A DNA stretch of 64,000 bases from Escherichia coli (GTDB lineage: Bacteria > Pseudomonadota > Gammaproteobacteria > Enterobacterales > Enterobacteriaceae). A program made the position numbers and the translations under genes. This document shows positions 50,561 through 62,794 of this stretch, one piece after another. The number at the start of each line of letters is the position of its first letter. Position 1 is the first letter of the stretch. The stretch is taken from NCBI RefSeq assembly GCF_045037415.1, contig NZ_CP173438.1; one strand, written 5' to 3'. Below the pieces are notes generated by a model that saw nothing but the letters and a program-made list of their open reading frames with translations, was not told the DNA's origin and made no database searches.

Positions 50561-53038
50561 TTATCGGCAATCCATTGTGGCTTTATAGATACCCGTGGTG
50601 TATTTTTCTGGCACTGTGACAACTCCTGTACATTGCTGGTTAATCTCTTTTCCCCACTGTACCGTAAATGTCATTGATTCTTGCACACCAGTAATATAAA
50701 CCTCCCCATCTTCACCAACAATCGCTGTACTATTCCCTAATGTCAGCAATGCCCCAAAGGGTACGCGTTCTTTATTATGGACTAATGTCAACAAGGCTCG
50801 TATTCCGCTACGTGCATCAAAATCGACACCAACAACAGCCCCTTTCGAAGGAATAACATCTTGTGTGGCATCAGAAATATCAAGACTATCGTGCCCCTGT
50901 GTATTCACAGTAATAGCGTTATGTCGATAATTCGTCATATTGGGAACAATCGCGTTTCCCCAATAATCAGTATAAACGCCTTGCGCATTTTGTACTTTTA
51001 CATTGGCACCCTCATTAATATGCACGATCGCGAATGAATCCTGCACTGATTGCCCCAATGTTACTCCATGAGCATGAGCAACCACCGCACCTTGCGCACT
51101 GTAATTCCACTGACGACTATTTTTATCATAGCTATATCCCAGACCGAATTCCCCCACTGAGCTACGATAACGTCCATTCATGCTGGCATCATAACCCACA
51201 TTATTATCAGTATAACTTTGCTGTAAATTATAACTCAGGTTGTTATCTTGCAGAGCAGTACCGCCAATTCCCAATTGATGTGATGTATTACTTTTATCGG
51301 AACGGTTTACGTTATACATCGCCCATGAATCTGGCAGCCAGCGAGAGAGAGGAATATTGAGTGTTAATGAAAATTGCTGCTCACCAGCCATTCCTGGCGT
51401 TTTCGTTAGTGTGTAATTAACAGACCAATTAATGTTACTCCAGGTCGTACTGTATCCCATTCCTATACTGCGTTCGGCCCCATGCATTCCCCAATAATCC
51501 TGTTGATAACCGTTAAGGTAGACCGAGCCCCAACGACCAATATTTTGTGAAAGATTAATTTGTAAACGATTACGCCGATTATTTGTCTGTCGATAACTGT
51601 AAATACCCTTGTCATCAGGTGTATCACGTTGATCAAGTGCTTCCTGGAAAGTGTAAAATTGTGATGTAGAATAACGATAACTTGCCAGAGTTACTGTCGT
51701 ATCAGTGTCTGGAAAATCTTTCGCATACTGTGCACGCCATGACAGTCCTGTAGCATCATCACGCCCATCATCAAACTTCGTTTCTGCTGCGGTGATATCA
51801 ACAGATACCGACCCCAGACGGCCTAAATCAGCGCCAATCCCTGTCACACCAGAATGATAAATTGAGGCACCAAGTATGCCGCCATAAATCGTTATTCCAT
51901 AGGGCAAGCCATATATCGCGGTTGCAACACCAAAAACAGGTGTCTCAGCATGATTATCGTTGTCACGGTATTTTCCAGTTGCAAGACTATATTTTAATGC
52001 GCCTTCTCGCTGTAGAATTGGAACCGTTGAACTGGCCTGAATAAAACTGTGTTCTTGCCCGTTGGTTTCTTTGATGGTGACTTCCAGATCGGCCCCCGCC
52101 GTTACCTGGCTTAAGTCTTTAATTTCAAATGGCCCTGCCGATACCCACGTTTGGTAAATAACATAGCCGTTTTGTTTAATCACAACTTGTGCATCGCTGT
52201 TGGCAATACCACGAACCACTGGCGCAAAGCCTTGTTCGCTGTCAGGCAGCATACTGGTGTCCGTTTCAAGCTTTATACCTGTCATCTGCACACTGTCAAA
52301 AAGATCGCCATTTGTGAACGTCTGCCCGACTTCCATCTGGCTTCTTAATGCTTTGATATCGCGTTGCAAACTGGTGCTGATCGACTCCCAACTGGAGTCA
52401 CTGTAAACGGTATTATTTCGTAGCCGCCATACGCCTAAATTAATCCCTGAATTTAAATTCAACCAATTTGAATTCAGGTTATCGCCATCACTGTTTTGCC
52501 GGGAACCACTGGCGTAATAACTTAACCAAACCGCACTCTCACCATCACTCCAGTATTTCGGTGAAATACTCCCTGCGGCCCGCGCATTCTGATAGATTTG
52601 CGGGATCCGCAGACACAGCGTTTGGCTGTCTAACTGGAAATCATAACGTGCGCCATCAATAATCTGAGCAATATCACCAAACTCAGTGTCATCATCCATT
52701 ACTTGTAACGCGGGAATGTCGTCAACTTTAAGACCGAACTCACGGAGATCCGCCTTTGTAAAACGAGGGATGAGCCTTTTTTTATCCGAAGACAGAATGA
52801 AGGTAATATTTCTCTTATCAAGATACTCTTGCCCCCACATAACAGAGGTAAGATATACTCCCGGAGTTAAGTTATTATTATTAACAAAATCCTCCAGCAC
52901 TTGTGTATTTTCAAGTGGGCTATCCAGCTCCAGGATACGAAGGTTAAATTCATCTCGTGCATAGCTCAATGAATACACTGCCGATAATGCAAATGTTATC
53001 CCAGTTAAGACAAATGTGCGATGCAATGGTAGCAGCAT
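50561..53038 (-). CDS. fimbrial outer-membrane usher (FimD/PapC family)
   Basis: 825-aa ORF with signal peptide and usher-like size and composition; lies between chaperone and adhesin genes. Confidence 0.9.
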   Translation of the reverse strand: MLLPLHRTFVLTGITFALSAVYSLSYARDEFNLRILELDSPLENTQVLEDFVNNNNLTPGVYLTSVMWGQEYLDKRNITFILSSDKKRLIPRFTKADLREFGLKVDDIPALQVMDDDTEFGDIAQIIDGARYDFQLDSQTLCLRIPQIYQNARAAGSISPKYWSDGESAVWLSYYASGSRQNSDGDNLNSNWLNLNSGINLGVWRLRNNTVYSDSSWESISTSLQRDIKALRSQMEVGQTFTNGDLFDSVQMTGIKLETDTSMLPDSEQGFAPVVRGIANSDAQVVIKQNGYVIYQTWVSAGPFEIKDLSQVTAGADLEVTIKETNGQEHSFIQASSTVPILQREGALKYSLATGKYRDNDNHAETPVFGVATAIYGLPYGITIYGGILGASIYHSGVTGIGADLGRLGSVSVDITAAETKFDDGRDDATGLSWRAQYAKDFPDTDTTVTLASYRYSTSQFYTFQEALDQRDTPDDKGIYSYRQTNNRRNRLQINLSQNIGRWGSVYLNGYQQDYWGMHGAERSIGMGYSTTWSNINWSVNYTLTKTPGMAGEQQFSLTLNIPLSRWLPDSWAMYNVNRSDKSNTSHQLGIGGTALQDNNLSYNLQQSYTDNNVGYDASMNGRYRSSVGEFGLGYSYDKNSRQWNYSAQGAVVAHAHGVTLGQSVQDSFAIVHINEGANVKVQNAQGVYTDYWGNAIVPNMTNYRHNAITVNTQGHDSLDISDATQDVIPSKGAVVGVDFDARSGIRALLTLVHNKERVPFGALLTLGNSTAIVGEDGEVYITGVQESMTFTVQWGKEINQQCTGVVTVPEKYTTGIYKATMDCR

Positions 53039-53104
53039 AAATTCCCTTGCGCCCGTAATATTATAAATACAGATCGGTTATTTATAGTAATACACTTCGG
53101 TGAT

Positions 53105-53821
53105 TTATAACTTTTGTTGTCGTTTCCCAGAACTTGAACCGTAGTCAGTTATCACCGACCATTCAACAATACTTCCCGCTCCGACAGGAAGACTAAACCG
53201 CTGCTCAGAAAATGGTCCTACCATCATCAATAATGCGCCAGGTTCAGATTTGCTCTCGGTGGGAACAATATTTTTTCCCGATACTGTCAGATCACTGAAT
53301 GAAATATAAAAAGGCGTTGGATTTTTTACTATGAGCTTCCCCGCTTCTTTATGGAACTTAAGTTTTTCCCATGCAGTGAGAGCATCACTATTATCCAAAG
53401 AAGCTGGCCGCCAAAATAATTTAAGCCGGGCTTTCATTGCAAATTGCAAGGTATTTCTATCTTTTAGTTCTTCTGGCATCGCAGAAACAGATTTTATGTT
53501 TGCCAGAAACAAACTTTCCCTATCCTGAGGAAGTTTGTTTTTATCACCTGTAAATACAATATGGAGTAATGTTTGCCGATTTTCTTCAAGTTTATAAACT
53601 GGAGGCGTAATGAGAAAGGGGGCTTTAGAGCCATCAATATTACTCACCCAGCTTTGCACCAAATAGCGTGCATATGCATCTTTATTTTTTAATGTGATTT
53701 GAACTTCATTTTGATTTGAAGGATAGATAATACGTGTACCGCCAAGAACAATACTTGCCTGAACTTGCAATGCCGTAAGAAGAAACGTAAAACCTAAACA
53801 AACTCGAGAAAAAACTGACAT
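53105..53821 (-). CDS. periplasmic fimbrial chaperone (PapD/FimC family)
   Basis: ORF track 53105..53854 begins at TTG; ATG at 53821 gives MSVFSRVCLGFTFLLTALQVQA signal peptide; ~238 aa. Confidence 0.85.
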   Translation of the reverse strand: MSVFSRVCLGFTFLLTALQVQASIVLGGTRIIYPSNQNEVQITLKNKDAYARYLVQSWVSNIDGSKAPFLITPPVYKLEENRQTLLHIVFTGDKNKLPQDRESLFLANIKSVSAMPEELKDRNTLQFAMKARLKLFWRPASLDNSDALTAWEKLKFHKEAGKLIVKNPTPFYISFSDLTVSGKNIVPTESKSEPGALLMMVGPFSEQRFSLPVGAGSIVEWSVITDYGSSSGKRQQKL

Positions 53822-53866
53822 AAATAACCCTCCGTGGTCAAACAGTCCTTTCAAACACTATGAATA

Positions 53867-54433
53867 TTAGCGATAAAATACTTCGAACGTCGCAGATGAG
53901 GCATACTTACCCGCAGTCGGCGCGTTATTACCAACCTGAATAACATTGGCGGTGTAATTGAATATTGTTGGAGTAATGCTCCCGGCATTATCAACATCAG
54001 TGGATGCATCGGGAACTGAACCATCAAATTTCACATCGTTAGCACCGCCATTTTTATTTGTCACCGTAATACCCACATTTGTTGCACTGCCAGCCCCAGC
54101 TTCGCTATTTTCCAGACGCAGGAAACCTGCATCCGTTGTCGTTCCAGAAAATGTCAGGTTTAGTTTGTCCACCAACGGATCGCATTTTATTAATTCAATT
54201 TTAAAATCTTTTGACGTTCCAATACTACCGTCTCCAGAATAGTCCGCTGGGTAAGTATCTGCAAAAGTGACTGTCCCTGTTGTACTGGCAGACTCGTTTA
54301 CATTAATTTCGCAAGTATCGGCAACAATTTTACCGTTAAAGTTAACCACTCCGGTATCTGTAGCAAATACACTGGTACTTACTACAGCGATGAGACTTCC
54401 TGACACTAACAGAGAAAGCAATTTTTTATTCAT
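53867..54433 (-). CDS. major fimbrial subunit (type-1-like pilin)
   Basis: 188 aa; signal peptide MNKKLLSLLVSGSLIAVVSTSVFA; Cys pair (ADTC...IKCD); C-terminal ...SSATFEVFYR; first gene of operon. Confidence 0.85.
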   Translation of the reverse strand: MNKKLLSLLVSGSLIAVVSTSVFATDTGVVNFNGKIVADTCEINVNESASTTGTVTFADTYPADYSGDGSIGTSKDFKIELIKCDPLVDKLNLTFSGTTTDAGFLRLENSEAGAGSATNVGITVTNKNGGANDVKFDGSVPDASTDVDNAGSITPTIFNYTANVIQVGNNAPTAGKYASSATFEVFYR

Positions 54434-54734
54434 AAAAATCCCTTAATTATGAGGTAATACACATGATTCCATTCCAGAGCGACTGGTCAGGGCTTGATAA
54501 ATATTGATATTAGAAATATATCCACCAAATAATATTATTTTTAGATTAGAACAAAAAACACATAGCCTGTCTATACAAACTGCAGTAATAAAACAATAAC
54601 CACATGAATTTTAAAGTGTTGTTTTTATTTTAAGAGTTTAAGGTAATAAAATATAACATAAACCCAAAATATATATTAATGGTCGTATATTCATTAAATA
54701 AATATTTATTTGGTTTATCTAAATGATTTCATTA
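54434..54734 (-). promoter_or_regulatory. AT-rich upstream region of the fimbrial operon (candidate promoter; possible nucleoid-protein silencing target)
   Basis: ~300 nt, visibly AT-rich, immediately 5' of the major pilin gene; no ORF. Confidence 0.4.
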
Positions 54735-54758
54735 CGCTCTCCGCATAAGCGGAGAGCG
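54735..54758 (-). terminator. terminator-like hairpin immediately after mrcB
   Basis: cgctctccgc ataa gcggagagcg perfect 10-bp stem 10 nt past the mrcB stop; downstream flank is A/T-rich but without a clean U-run. Confidence 0.55.
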
Positions 54759-54767
54759 ATTACGATA

Positions 54768-57293
54768 TTAATTACTACCAAACATCTCCTTGATCCAGCC
54801 AGCCACGCCGTCGCTGTCTTTTTGCTCCTGTTGAGCAGGTTGCTGTTGCTGCGGCTGAGAAGACTGATCAAACGGATTGCCTGACGGTTGCTGCTGCATC
54901 TCACTCTGCTGGCACAGCGATTGCGGATCGCTGGTCCAGACTGGCAAGACACGCATACCACCGCTGCAAACAAAGTTGCCGTCGTAGTCCACGCCCATAT
55001 CTGCAATATCTTCCGGCGGAACAAGATTCAGCGGTGTTGGCGTCTGGTTAGCCAGATAACGCTGATAAATCGACATTGCCCCGCTGGCACCATACAGTTT
55101 GGTCGGCTGGTTGTTATCACGGCCGACCCAGGTGATGGTCACCGTGCTCCCATCAATGCCCGCAAACCAGGTATCTACGTTATTGTTGGTAGTCCCTGTT
55201 TTCCCTGCCAGATGCAGGTTCGGGTATTTTGCCCCAAGCTGACGTCCCGTACCGCGTTGTACAACCTGCTGCATGGTCCATAGTGTCAGATACGCCGCCT
55301 GCGCCGGAACAGCGCGTTCTGCCTGCGGGAAGCTCTGATACAACACCTTGCCGTCTTCTGCGATGACTGAACGTAGCGCGGAAAGCGGAGCACGATTACC
55401 ACCGCTGGCGATAGTCTGGAAGGCCTGCGCCACTTCGATTGGCGTTAAGTTCAACGCCCCCAACAACATTGCTGGAACTGGATTCAGTTGATCTTTCGGC
55501 ACACCCAGTTTGATCCAGGTATCCGTAACCGCAGGCAGCCCCAACGCCATGCCCAGATTCACCGTTGGCACGTTCATCGAACGGGTCAACGCATCTACCA
55601 GCATCACCCTGCCACTTTCGCTATAACGACGATCATCGTTCTGCGGTGACCAGACCTGGCCATTCGGCTGACGCAGCGCGATTGGCGCATCGGCAATCCA
55701 CGTATTCAAACGATAGATTTTCGGCTGGCTTAAGGCCGTTAGATAAGTCGCTGGTTTTGCAAGGGAACCAATCGAACGACGCGCCTGCATCGCACGGTTG
55801 TAGCCCGCAAACTGCGGCTCAGAGCCACCGACCATCGCACGAACTTCACCGCTAAAGCGGTCAACAACCACAATCGCGGTTTCAAGATCGCTCAACTTAC
55901 GCTGTTTCTTCAGTGCCGGAATGCCTTCCACGGCGGCTTTTTCTGCCGCGTCCTGGGCCACCGAGTCAAAGGTAGTGAAGATCTTCACGCCGGAGAGATC
56001 TTTTACCTTATCGCCTAATTTCGCCTGCAGCTCCTGACGCACCAGCTGCATAAAGGCTGGCTGAGGAGAGATCACCCCACCGCGCGGCTGAACACCCAGC
56101 GGACGTGCACTCAACATGTCATAGAGTTCTTGATCAATAATTTGTTGCTGTTGCAGCAAACGTAGTACCAGGTTACGTCGCTCCAGCGCCAGTTTCGGGT
56201 TACGCCACGGGTTGTAGATGGACGCCCCTTTCACCATACCCACCAACAGCGCCTGCTGATCGAGGCTCAATTCTTCTACCGGGCGACCAAAGTAATACAA
56301 GCTCGCCAGCGGGAAGCCGCGGATTTCGTTGTCGCCGCTCTGACCGAGATACACCTCGTTCATATACAGCTCAAGAATACGGTCTTTGCTGTAACGCGCG
56401 TCCATGATCAGCGCCATGTAGGCTTCGTTCGCTTTACGCCAGTAAGAACGCTCGCTGGAGAGAAACAGGTTTTTAACCAACTGTTGCGTCAGCGTACTCG
56501 CCCCCTGCACCGTGCGTCCGGCAGTCAGGTTTGCCAGCACCGCACGTCCGATTGAGTAGAGACTGATCCCATCATGCTCGTAGAAATGACGGTCTTCTGT
56601 CGCCAGCAAAGTATCCACCAGCAAATCCGGGAAACCACTGCGCGGCACAAACAGACGCTGCTCACCGTTTGGCGAAGAGATCATGGTGATCAGGCGCGGA
56701 TCAAGACGGAAGAAACCGAACTGACGGTTGTTCTCCATATTGACTATCGTCGCCAGATGATCGCCATCAAAGGTCAGACGCGCGCGCACCTGCCCTTCTT
56801 TGCTGTCCGGGAAATCAAACGGACGGCGGATCATCTCAATGCTGTTGGCCTGTACGGTAAACTCACCAGGACGGGTCATTTTCGACACCTGGCGATACTG
56901 GGTCGCCTCCAGCAGCTTCACCATCTCGTTCTTGCTGATGGTCATGTCTGGCTCAAGGTTGACCATTCGACCATAAACTGCCGCGGGCAATTGCCAGACC
57001 TTGCCATCAATACGGCTGCGAATTTTTTGATCGAGATAAACGCCGTAAATGGCGATCAGCACGGCAAAAACGATAGCCAGTTTTAGCAGCAGCCATAGCC
57101 AGCCGCGTTTGCCACGAGGCTTACGCCCTTTGCCTTTGCCCTTACCTTTGCGCGGCATCGGTTCTTCATCCTCATAGTCATCATAATCGTCGTAATCATC
57201 GTCATCTTCGTAACGACGACGGCTTACCTTTTGTTTGACCGGACGCGTCGGTTTCCCTTTGCGTCCAATTGGCTCGCGGTCATTCCCGGCCAT
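54768..57293 (-). CDS. mrcB: penicillin-binding protein 1B (bifunctional glycosyltransferase/transpeptidase)
   Basis: ORF track 54768..57308; ATG at 57293 gives [22 protein letters not shown]...; 841 aa here versus 844 recalled for K-12 (shorter C-terminal Q/P repeat). Confidence 0.95.
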   Translation of the reverse strand: MAGNDREPIGRKGKPTRPVKQKVSRRRYEDDDDYDDYDDYEDEEPMPRKGKGKGKGRKPRGKRGWLWLLLKLAIVFAVLIAIYGVYLDQKIRSRIDGKVWQLPAAVYGRMVNLEPDMTISKNEMVKLLEATQYRQVSKMTRPGEFTVQANSIEMIRRPFDFPDSKEGQVRARLTFDGDHLATIVNMENNRQFGFFRLDPRLITMISSPNGEQRLFVPRSGFPDLLVDTLLATEDRHFYEHDGISLYSIGRAVLANLTAGRTVQGASTLTQQLVKNLFLSSERSYWRKANEAYMALIMDARYSKDRILELYMNEVYLGQSGDNEIRGFPLASLYYFGRPVEELSLDQQALLVGMVKGASIYNPWRNPKLALERRNLVLRLLQQQQIIDQELYDMLSARPLGVQPRGGVISPQPAFMQLVRQELQAKLGDKVKDLSGVKIFTTFDSVAQDAAEKAAVEGIPALKKQRKLSDLETAIVVVDRFSGEVRAMVGGSEPQFAGYNRAMQARRSIGSLAKPATYLTALSQPKIYRLNTWIADAPIALRQPNGQVWSPQNDDRRYSESGRVMLVDALTRSMNVPTVNLGMALGLPAVTDTWIKLGVPKDQLNPVPAMLLGALNLTPIEVAQAFQTIASGGNRAPLSALRSVIAEDGKVLYQSFPQAERAVPAQAAYLTLWTMQQVVQRGTGRQLGAKYPNLHLAGKTGTTNNNVDTWFAGIDGSTVTITWVGRDNNQPTKLYGASGAMSIYQRYLANQTPTPLNLVPPEDIADMGVDYDGNFVCSGGMRVLPVWTSDPQSLCQQSEMQQQPSGNPFDQSSQPQQQQPAQQEQKDSDGVAGWIKEMFGSN

Positions 57294-57386
57294 GCTTTTT
57301 CTCCGCAATATTCAGGCGCAAAAGCCCGATTTTCTGTTCTTCTGTTGCAAGACAGAAGAAGATATCTCTCAAATTTGCTTTGGTCT

Positions 57387-59816
57387 TCACGAATACTTTT
57401 TCGTTCGTCGCGTCGGTGCGGTGTTTGCCGGGTCGTCCGGCCAGACATGTTTGGGATAACGCCCTTTCATCTCTTTTTGCACCTCACGGTACGCTCCTTT
57501 CCAGAAGGCGCTCAAATCACGCGTGATTTGCAGCGGCCTTTGGGCAGGGGAAAGCAACTCCAGCACCAACGGTACGCGCCCCTGGGCGATAGTCGGATTA
57601 GAGGCCTCACCAAACATCTCCTGCATTCTCACCGCCAGCGCGGGCGGGTTATCTTCATGGTAACGAATGGCGATCCGGCTTCCCGTCGGCACAGTGTAAT
57701 GCGCAGGCAATTCACTATCCAGACGTTGCTGCATTACCCAATCAAGTAATCCACGCAGTGCCTGATAAATATCGAGTGATTTCAGGCCGCGTAGCGAATG
57801 TACGCCTGTCATATGCGGCAGTAGCCACGTTTCCAGCGTCGCCAACAAACTTTCATCATCAACCGCTGGCCAGTCATATTCCGGCAACCACTTTGCGGCA
57901 CATAACAAACGCAAGCGTAGCTGTTCCGCTTCCGCCGTCCAGTTGAGCACGCTTAAACCTTTATCACGAATGCCGTTAAGCATCGCCTGATGCAACTCGT
58001 CTTCCGAGGGTTTCGCCAGCGGTTGCACTTTTACCGTCAACTGACCGATTTGCAGCCGACGCCAGGCTTTCAGCGTACCTTGCGCGTCATCCCACTCCAC
58101 GGTGTCAGACTGCTGTACCAGCTGCGGGCAGCGTTGTACTAACTCATCAATATCGACCGGCAGCGCCAGTAAAATCCGCGCATCCGGCGAAGAACTGCCC
58201 TGCAATAATAACGGCGCGATCAACCATTCGTGGCGGCTAAGCGCATCGTCGGCATCGAGCATCGCCCCCATGCCGTTCGCCAGTTGATAGCGTCCCTCTT
58301 GCCCACGGCGGCGAGCAATACGATCGGCATACGCTCCGGCAAGTCGCGGCGCGATAAGCGAACTGTCTGCCTCACCGCCGCGTACGTTTAAACGTTTTAA
58401 CAGTTGCTGACTACGTTGCTGCCAGGCGGGTTGATTGCGCAAAAACGCCACGCCCAGGTCACTATTGCCCATCCGTGGCGGCTCTTCGAGAATGGCGGCA
58501 ATTTTTGCCGCGGTAGCAGCTTCGTCGTCGTTCTTCGCGCTAACCAGCATTGCCGCTAAACGCGGATCGTTACCCAGCGCTGCCATTTTTTGCCCTTGCG
58601 CACTAAGCCGTTCACCGTCCAGCGCCCCCAGCATCCGTAACAGGCGTTTCGCGGCCAGTAGATTCACCGTTGGCGGTTGATCCAGCCAGCTCATCTGCGC
58701 CGGATCGCTGCATCCCCATTGCAGTAATTCCATCAGCAAACAGGAAAGATCGCTTTGTAATATTTCCGGTTCACTTTGCGCGGCAGCGCGTTCTGCTTGT
58801 TCTTTGGCGATTAAATGCAGGCAGATACCCGGCTCCAGACGCCCGGCACGCCCGGCACGTTGCGTCATCGACGCCTGACTAACACGTTGAGTAACCAGCC
58901 GCGTAAGCCCTGTACGCGGATCAAAACGCGCCACACGCTCCTGGGCACAATCCACCACCAGACGAATACCTTCGATGGTTAAACTGGTTTCAGCAATATT
59001 GGTCGCCAGCACCACTTTACGCATCCCTTGCGGTGCCGGGAGGATCGCTTTTCGCTGATCGTTCAGCGACAACGCGCCATACAGCGGGCAGAGCAACACA
59101 TCACTGCCGATGCGTGAAGTCAGTTGTTCCTGCACACGCTGAATTTCTCCGACGCCAGGTAAAAATAACAGTAATGATCCACTTTCCTGACGCAGCATTT
59201 CGGCGGTGGCAACCGCGACGGCTTCGTCAAAACGCTGATGAGCGGGCAGCGGCAAATAACGGCGTTCAACTGGAAACGAGCGCCCTTCTGAGATGACGAC
59301 GGGCGCTTCTGGCAGCATTTGCTGCAAGCGGTCGTTGTCCAGCGTAGCCGACATAATCAGCAGTTTAAGGTCATCACGCAGACCTTGTTGCACATCGAGT
59401 AACAGCGCCAACGCCAAATCCGCCTGCAAGCTGCGCTCATGAAATTCATCAAGGATCACCAATCCAACACCGCTCAGTTCCGGGTCACGCTGGATCATCC
59501 GCGTCAGCACGCCTTCGGTAACCACTTCCAGGCGGGTATTCGGCCCGACGCAGTTTTGCGCACGCATCCGGTAGCCAACGGTATCGCCTGGCTTTTCGTT
59601 AAGCAGCTCCGCCAGTCGTTGCGCAACGTTACGCGCCGCCAGACGACGCGGCTCCAGCAGGATAATTTTCCCGTTAATGCCGGGATGCGCCAGCAGTTGC
59701 AGCGGCAGCCAGGTTGATTTCCCGGCCCCGGTCGGCGCACTTAATAACACCTGCGATGCACCATCGAGGGCAGCAAGTAACTCAGGTAAGACGGCAGCAA
59801 CGGGCAACGACGACAC
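57387..59816 (-). CDS. hrpB: ATP-dependent RNA helicase HrpB (DEAH-box)
   Basis: ORF track 57387..59861; GTG at 59816 with GGAG SD gives (M)SSLPVAAVLPELL..., 809 aa; Walker A APTGAGKST; DEFH box. Confidence 0.9.
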   Translation of the reverse strand: MSSLPVAAVLPELLAALDGASQVLLSAPTGAGKSTWLPLQLLAHPGINGKIILLEPRRLAARNVAQRLAELLNEKPGDTVGYRMRAQNCVGPNTRLEVVTEGVLTRMIQRDPELSGVGLVILDEFHERSLQADLALALLLDVQQGLRDDLKLLIMSATLDNDRLQQMLPEAPVVISEGRSFPVERRYLPLPAHQRFDEAVAVATAEMLRQESGSLLLFLPGVGEIQRVQEQLTSRIGSDVLLCPLYGALSLNDQRKAILPAPQGMRKVVLATNIAETSLTIEGIRLVVDCAQERVARFDPRTGLTRLVTQRVSQASMTQRAGRAGRLEPGICLHLIAKEQAERAAAQSEPEILQSDLSCLLMELLQWGCSDPAQMSWLDQPPTVNLLAAKRLLRMLGALDGERLSAQGQKMAALGNDPRLAAMLVSAKNDDEAATAAKIAAILEEPPRMGNSDLGVAFLRNQPAWQQRSQQLLKRLNVRGGEADSSLIAPRLAGAYADRIARRRGQEGRYQLANGMGAMLDADDALSRHEWLIAPLLLQGSSSPDARILLALPVDIDELVQRCPQLVQQSDTVEWDDAQGTLKAWRRLQIGQLTVKVQPLAKPSEDELHQAMLNGIRDKGLSVLNWTAEAEQLRLRLLCAAKWLPEYDWPAVDDESLLATLETWLLPHMTGVHSLRGLKSLDIYQALRGLLDWVMQQRLDSELPAHYTVPTGSRIAIRYHEDNPPALAVRMQEMFGEASNPTIAQGRVPLVLELLSPAQRPLQITRDLSAFWKGAYREVQKEMKGRYPKHVWPDDPANTAPTRRTKKYS

Positions 59817-59889
59817 AAAACGCTCCAGAGGGTTAACATTCTTCGCGCCACATTGTAGCATCGCGGTAATTCATAACCGAGTGCCTCAC

Positions 59890-61139
<1,250 letters not shown>

Positions 61140-61316
61140 TAGAGTAAGTAACTGGTTAATTTACATTCTGGTCGCGTGCGCAAATACGCTTTTCCTCACA
61201 CAGTTGTCAAGTGTTACGTTTAGATAATTGCTATCCGGAAAAGCATCTGCTATTTATAGCGGCCTCATTTTTCCCCCGAACATGGGGATCGATAGTGCGT
61301 GTTAAGGAGAAGCAAC

Positions 61317-61772
61317 ATGCAAGAAGGGCAAAACCGTAAAACATCGTCCCTGAGTATTCTCGCCATCGCTGGGGTGGAACCATATCAGGAGAAGCCGGGC
61401 GAAGAGTATATGAATGAAGCCCAGCTGGCGCACTTCCGTCGTATTCTGGAAGCATGGCGTAATCAACTCAGGGATGAAGTCGATCGCACCGTTACACATA
61501 TGCAGGATGAAGCAGCCAACTTCCCGGACCCGGTAGACCGTGCAGCCCAGGAAGAAGAGTTCAGCCTCGAACTGCGTAACCGCGATCGCGAGCGTAAGCT
61601 GATCAAAAAGATCGAGAAGACGCTGAAAAAAGTGGAAGACGAAGATTTCGGCTACTGCGAATCCTGCGGTGTTGAAATTGGTATTCGCCGTCTGGAAGCG
61701 CGCCCGACAGCCGATCTATGCATCGACTGCAAGACGCTGGCTGAAATTCGCGAAAAACAGATGGCTGGCTAA
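61317..61772 (+). CDS. dksA: RNA polymerase-binding transcription factor DksA
   Basis: ORF track 61299..61772; ATG at 61317 after aaggaga SD gives [24 protein letters not shown]..., 151 aa, C4 zinc finger CESCGVEI...CIDC. Confidence 0.96.
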   Translation: MQEGQNRKTSSLSILAIAGVEPYQEKPGEEYMNEAQLAHFRRILEAWRNQLRDEVDRTVTHMQDEAANFPDPVDRAAQEEEFSLELRNRDRERKLIKKIEKTLKKVEDEDFGYCESCGVEIGIRRLEARPTADLCIDCKTLAEIREKQMAG

Positions 61773-61808
61773 TTACAGCCGTTCCATCATGTTTACCACA
61801 GGCGGGAA

Positions 61809-62735
61809 ATGCTCCCGCCTTATTTTTTGTTCAAAGAGATGACAGACACACACTATATTGGTCGCTTCGCCCCCTCTCCTTCCGGCGAGCTTCATTTTGG
61901 TTCTCTGATTGCTGCGCTTGGCAGCTATTTGCAGGCTCGCGCCCGGCAAGGTCGCTGGCTGGTACGCATTGAAGATATCGACCCGCCTCGTGAAGTTCCC
62001 GGTGCCGCAGAGACTATCCTGCGCCAGCTGGAACATTACGGCCTACACTGGGACGGCGACGTTCTCTGGCAATCGCAACGTCACCACGCCTATCGCGAAG
62101 CACTCGCCTGGTTACATGAGCAAGGACTAAGTTATTACTGCACCTGCACGCGTGCGCGTATTCAAAACATTGGCGGTATTTACGACGGTCATTGCCGGGA
62201 TTTGCATCATGGACCAGACAACGCCGCAGTACGTATCCGCCAGCAGCATCCAGTCACCCAGTTTACTGACCTGCTGCGAGGCATTATTCACGCCGACGAA
62301 AAACTGGCACGGGAAGATTTTATTATTCATCGCCGTGATGGTTTGTTTGCCTATAACCTGGCGGTGGTGGTGGATGATCACTTCCAGGGCGTGAGCGAAA
62401 TTGTCCGCGGGGCAGATTTGATCGAACCGACTGTGCGGCAAATCTCGCTGTACCAGCTTTTTGGCTGGAAAGTGCCAGATTACATCCATTTACCGCTGGC
62501 GCTTAATCCACAAGGCGCTAAACTTTCCAAGCAGAATCATGCGCCTGCGTTGCCGAAAGGCGATCCGCGCCCGGTGTTAATCGCGGCACTTCATTTTCTG
62601 GGTCAGCAGGTAGAAACACACTGGCAGGATTTCAGCGTCGAGCAAATCCTTCAGTCAGCCGTCAAAAACTGGCGGCTCACCGCAGTGCCTGAGTCGGCAA
62701 TTGTAAATTCAACATTCTCAAATGCGTCATGCTGA
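61809..62735 (+). CDS. gluQ: glutamyl-Q tRNA(Asp) synthetase
   Basis: 308-aa ORF; truncated GluRS-like catalytic domain; start could be the internal MTDT... (298 aa). Confidence 0.9.
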   Translation: MLPPYFLFKEMTDTHYIGRFAPSPSGELHFGSLIAALGSYLQARARQGRWLVRIEDIDPPREVPGAAETILRQLEHYGLHWDGDVLWQSQRHHAYREALAWLHEQGLSYYCTCTRARIQNIGGIYDGHCRDLHHGPDNAAVRIRQQHPVTQFTDLLRGIIHADEKLAREDFIIHRRDGLFAYNLAVVVDDHFQGVSEIVRGADLIEPTVRQISLYQLFGWKVPDYIHLPLALNPQGAKLSKQNHAPALPKGDPRPVLIAALHFLGQQVETHWQDFSVEQILQSAVKNWRLTAVPESAIVNSTFSNASC

Positions 62736-62794
62736 GCTATGATTAGCCGCTATTTTTTTGTCCTGAATGATGTTTGACACTACCGAGGTGTACT

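Noticed and set aside
49529-54433. Fimbrial islet as a relocated copy of the K-12 yad or yeh operons
   Set aside because: Gene content and order differ from yad (seven genes), and the subunit sequences do not match YadN or YehD as I recall them; the K-12 yad operon lies elsewhere (panB-folK).
49310-54767. Islet as a mobile element (IS, integron, prophage remnant)
   Set aside because: No transposase, integrase or phage gene and no tRNA target; I could not identify terminal inverted or direct repeats by eye. It is treated as a genomic islet of unknown insertion mechanism.
57231-57749. 172-aa plus-strand ORF across the mrcB-hrpB junction
   Set aside because: Antisense to the mrcB 5' end and hrpB 3' end; no supporting signals.
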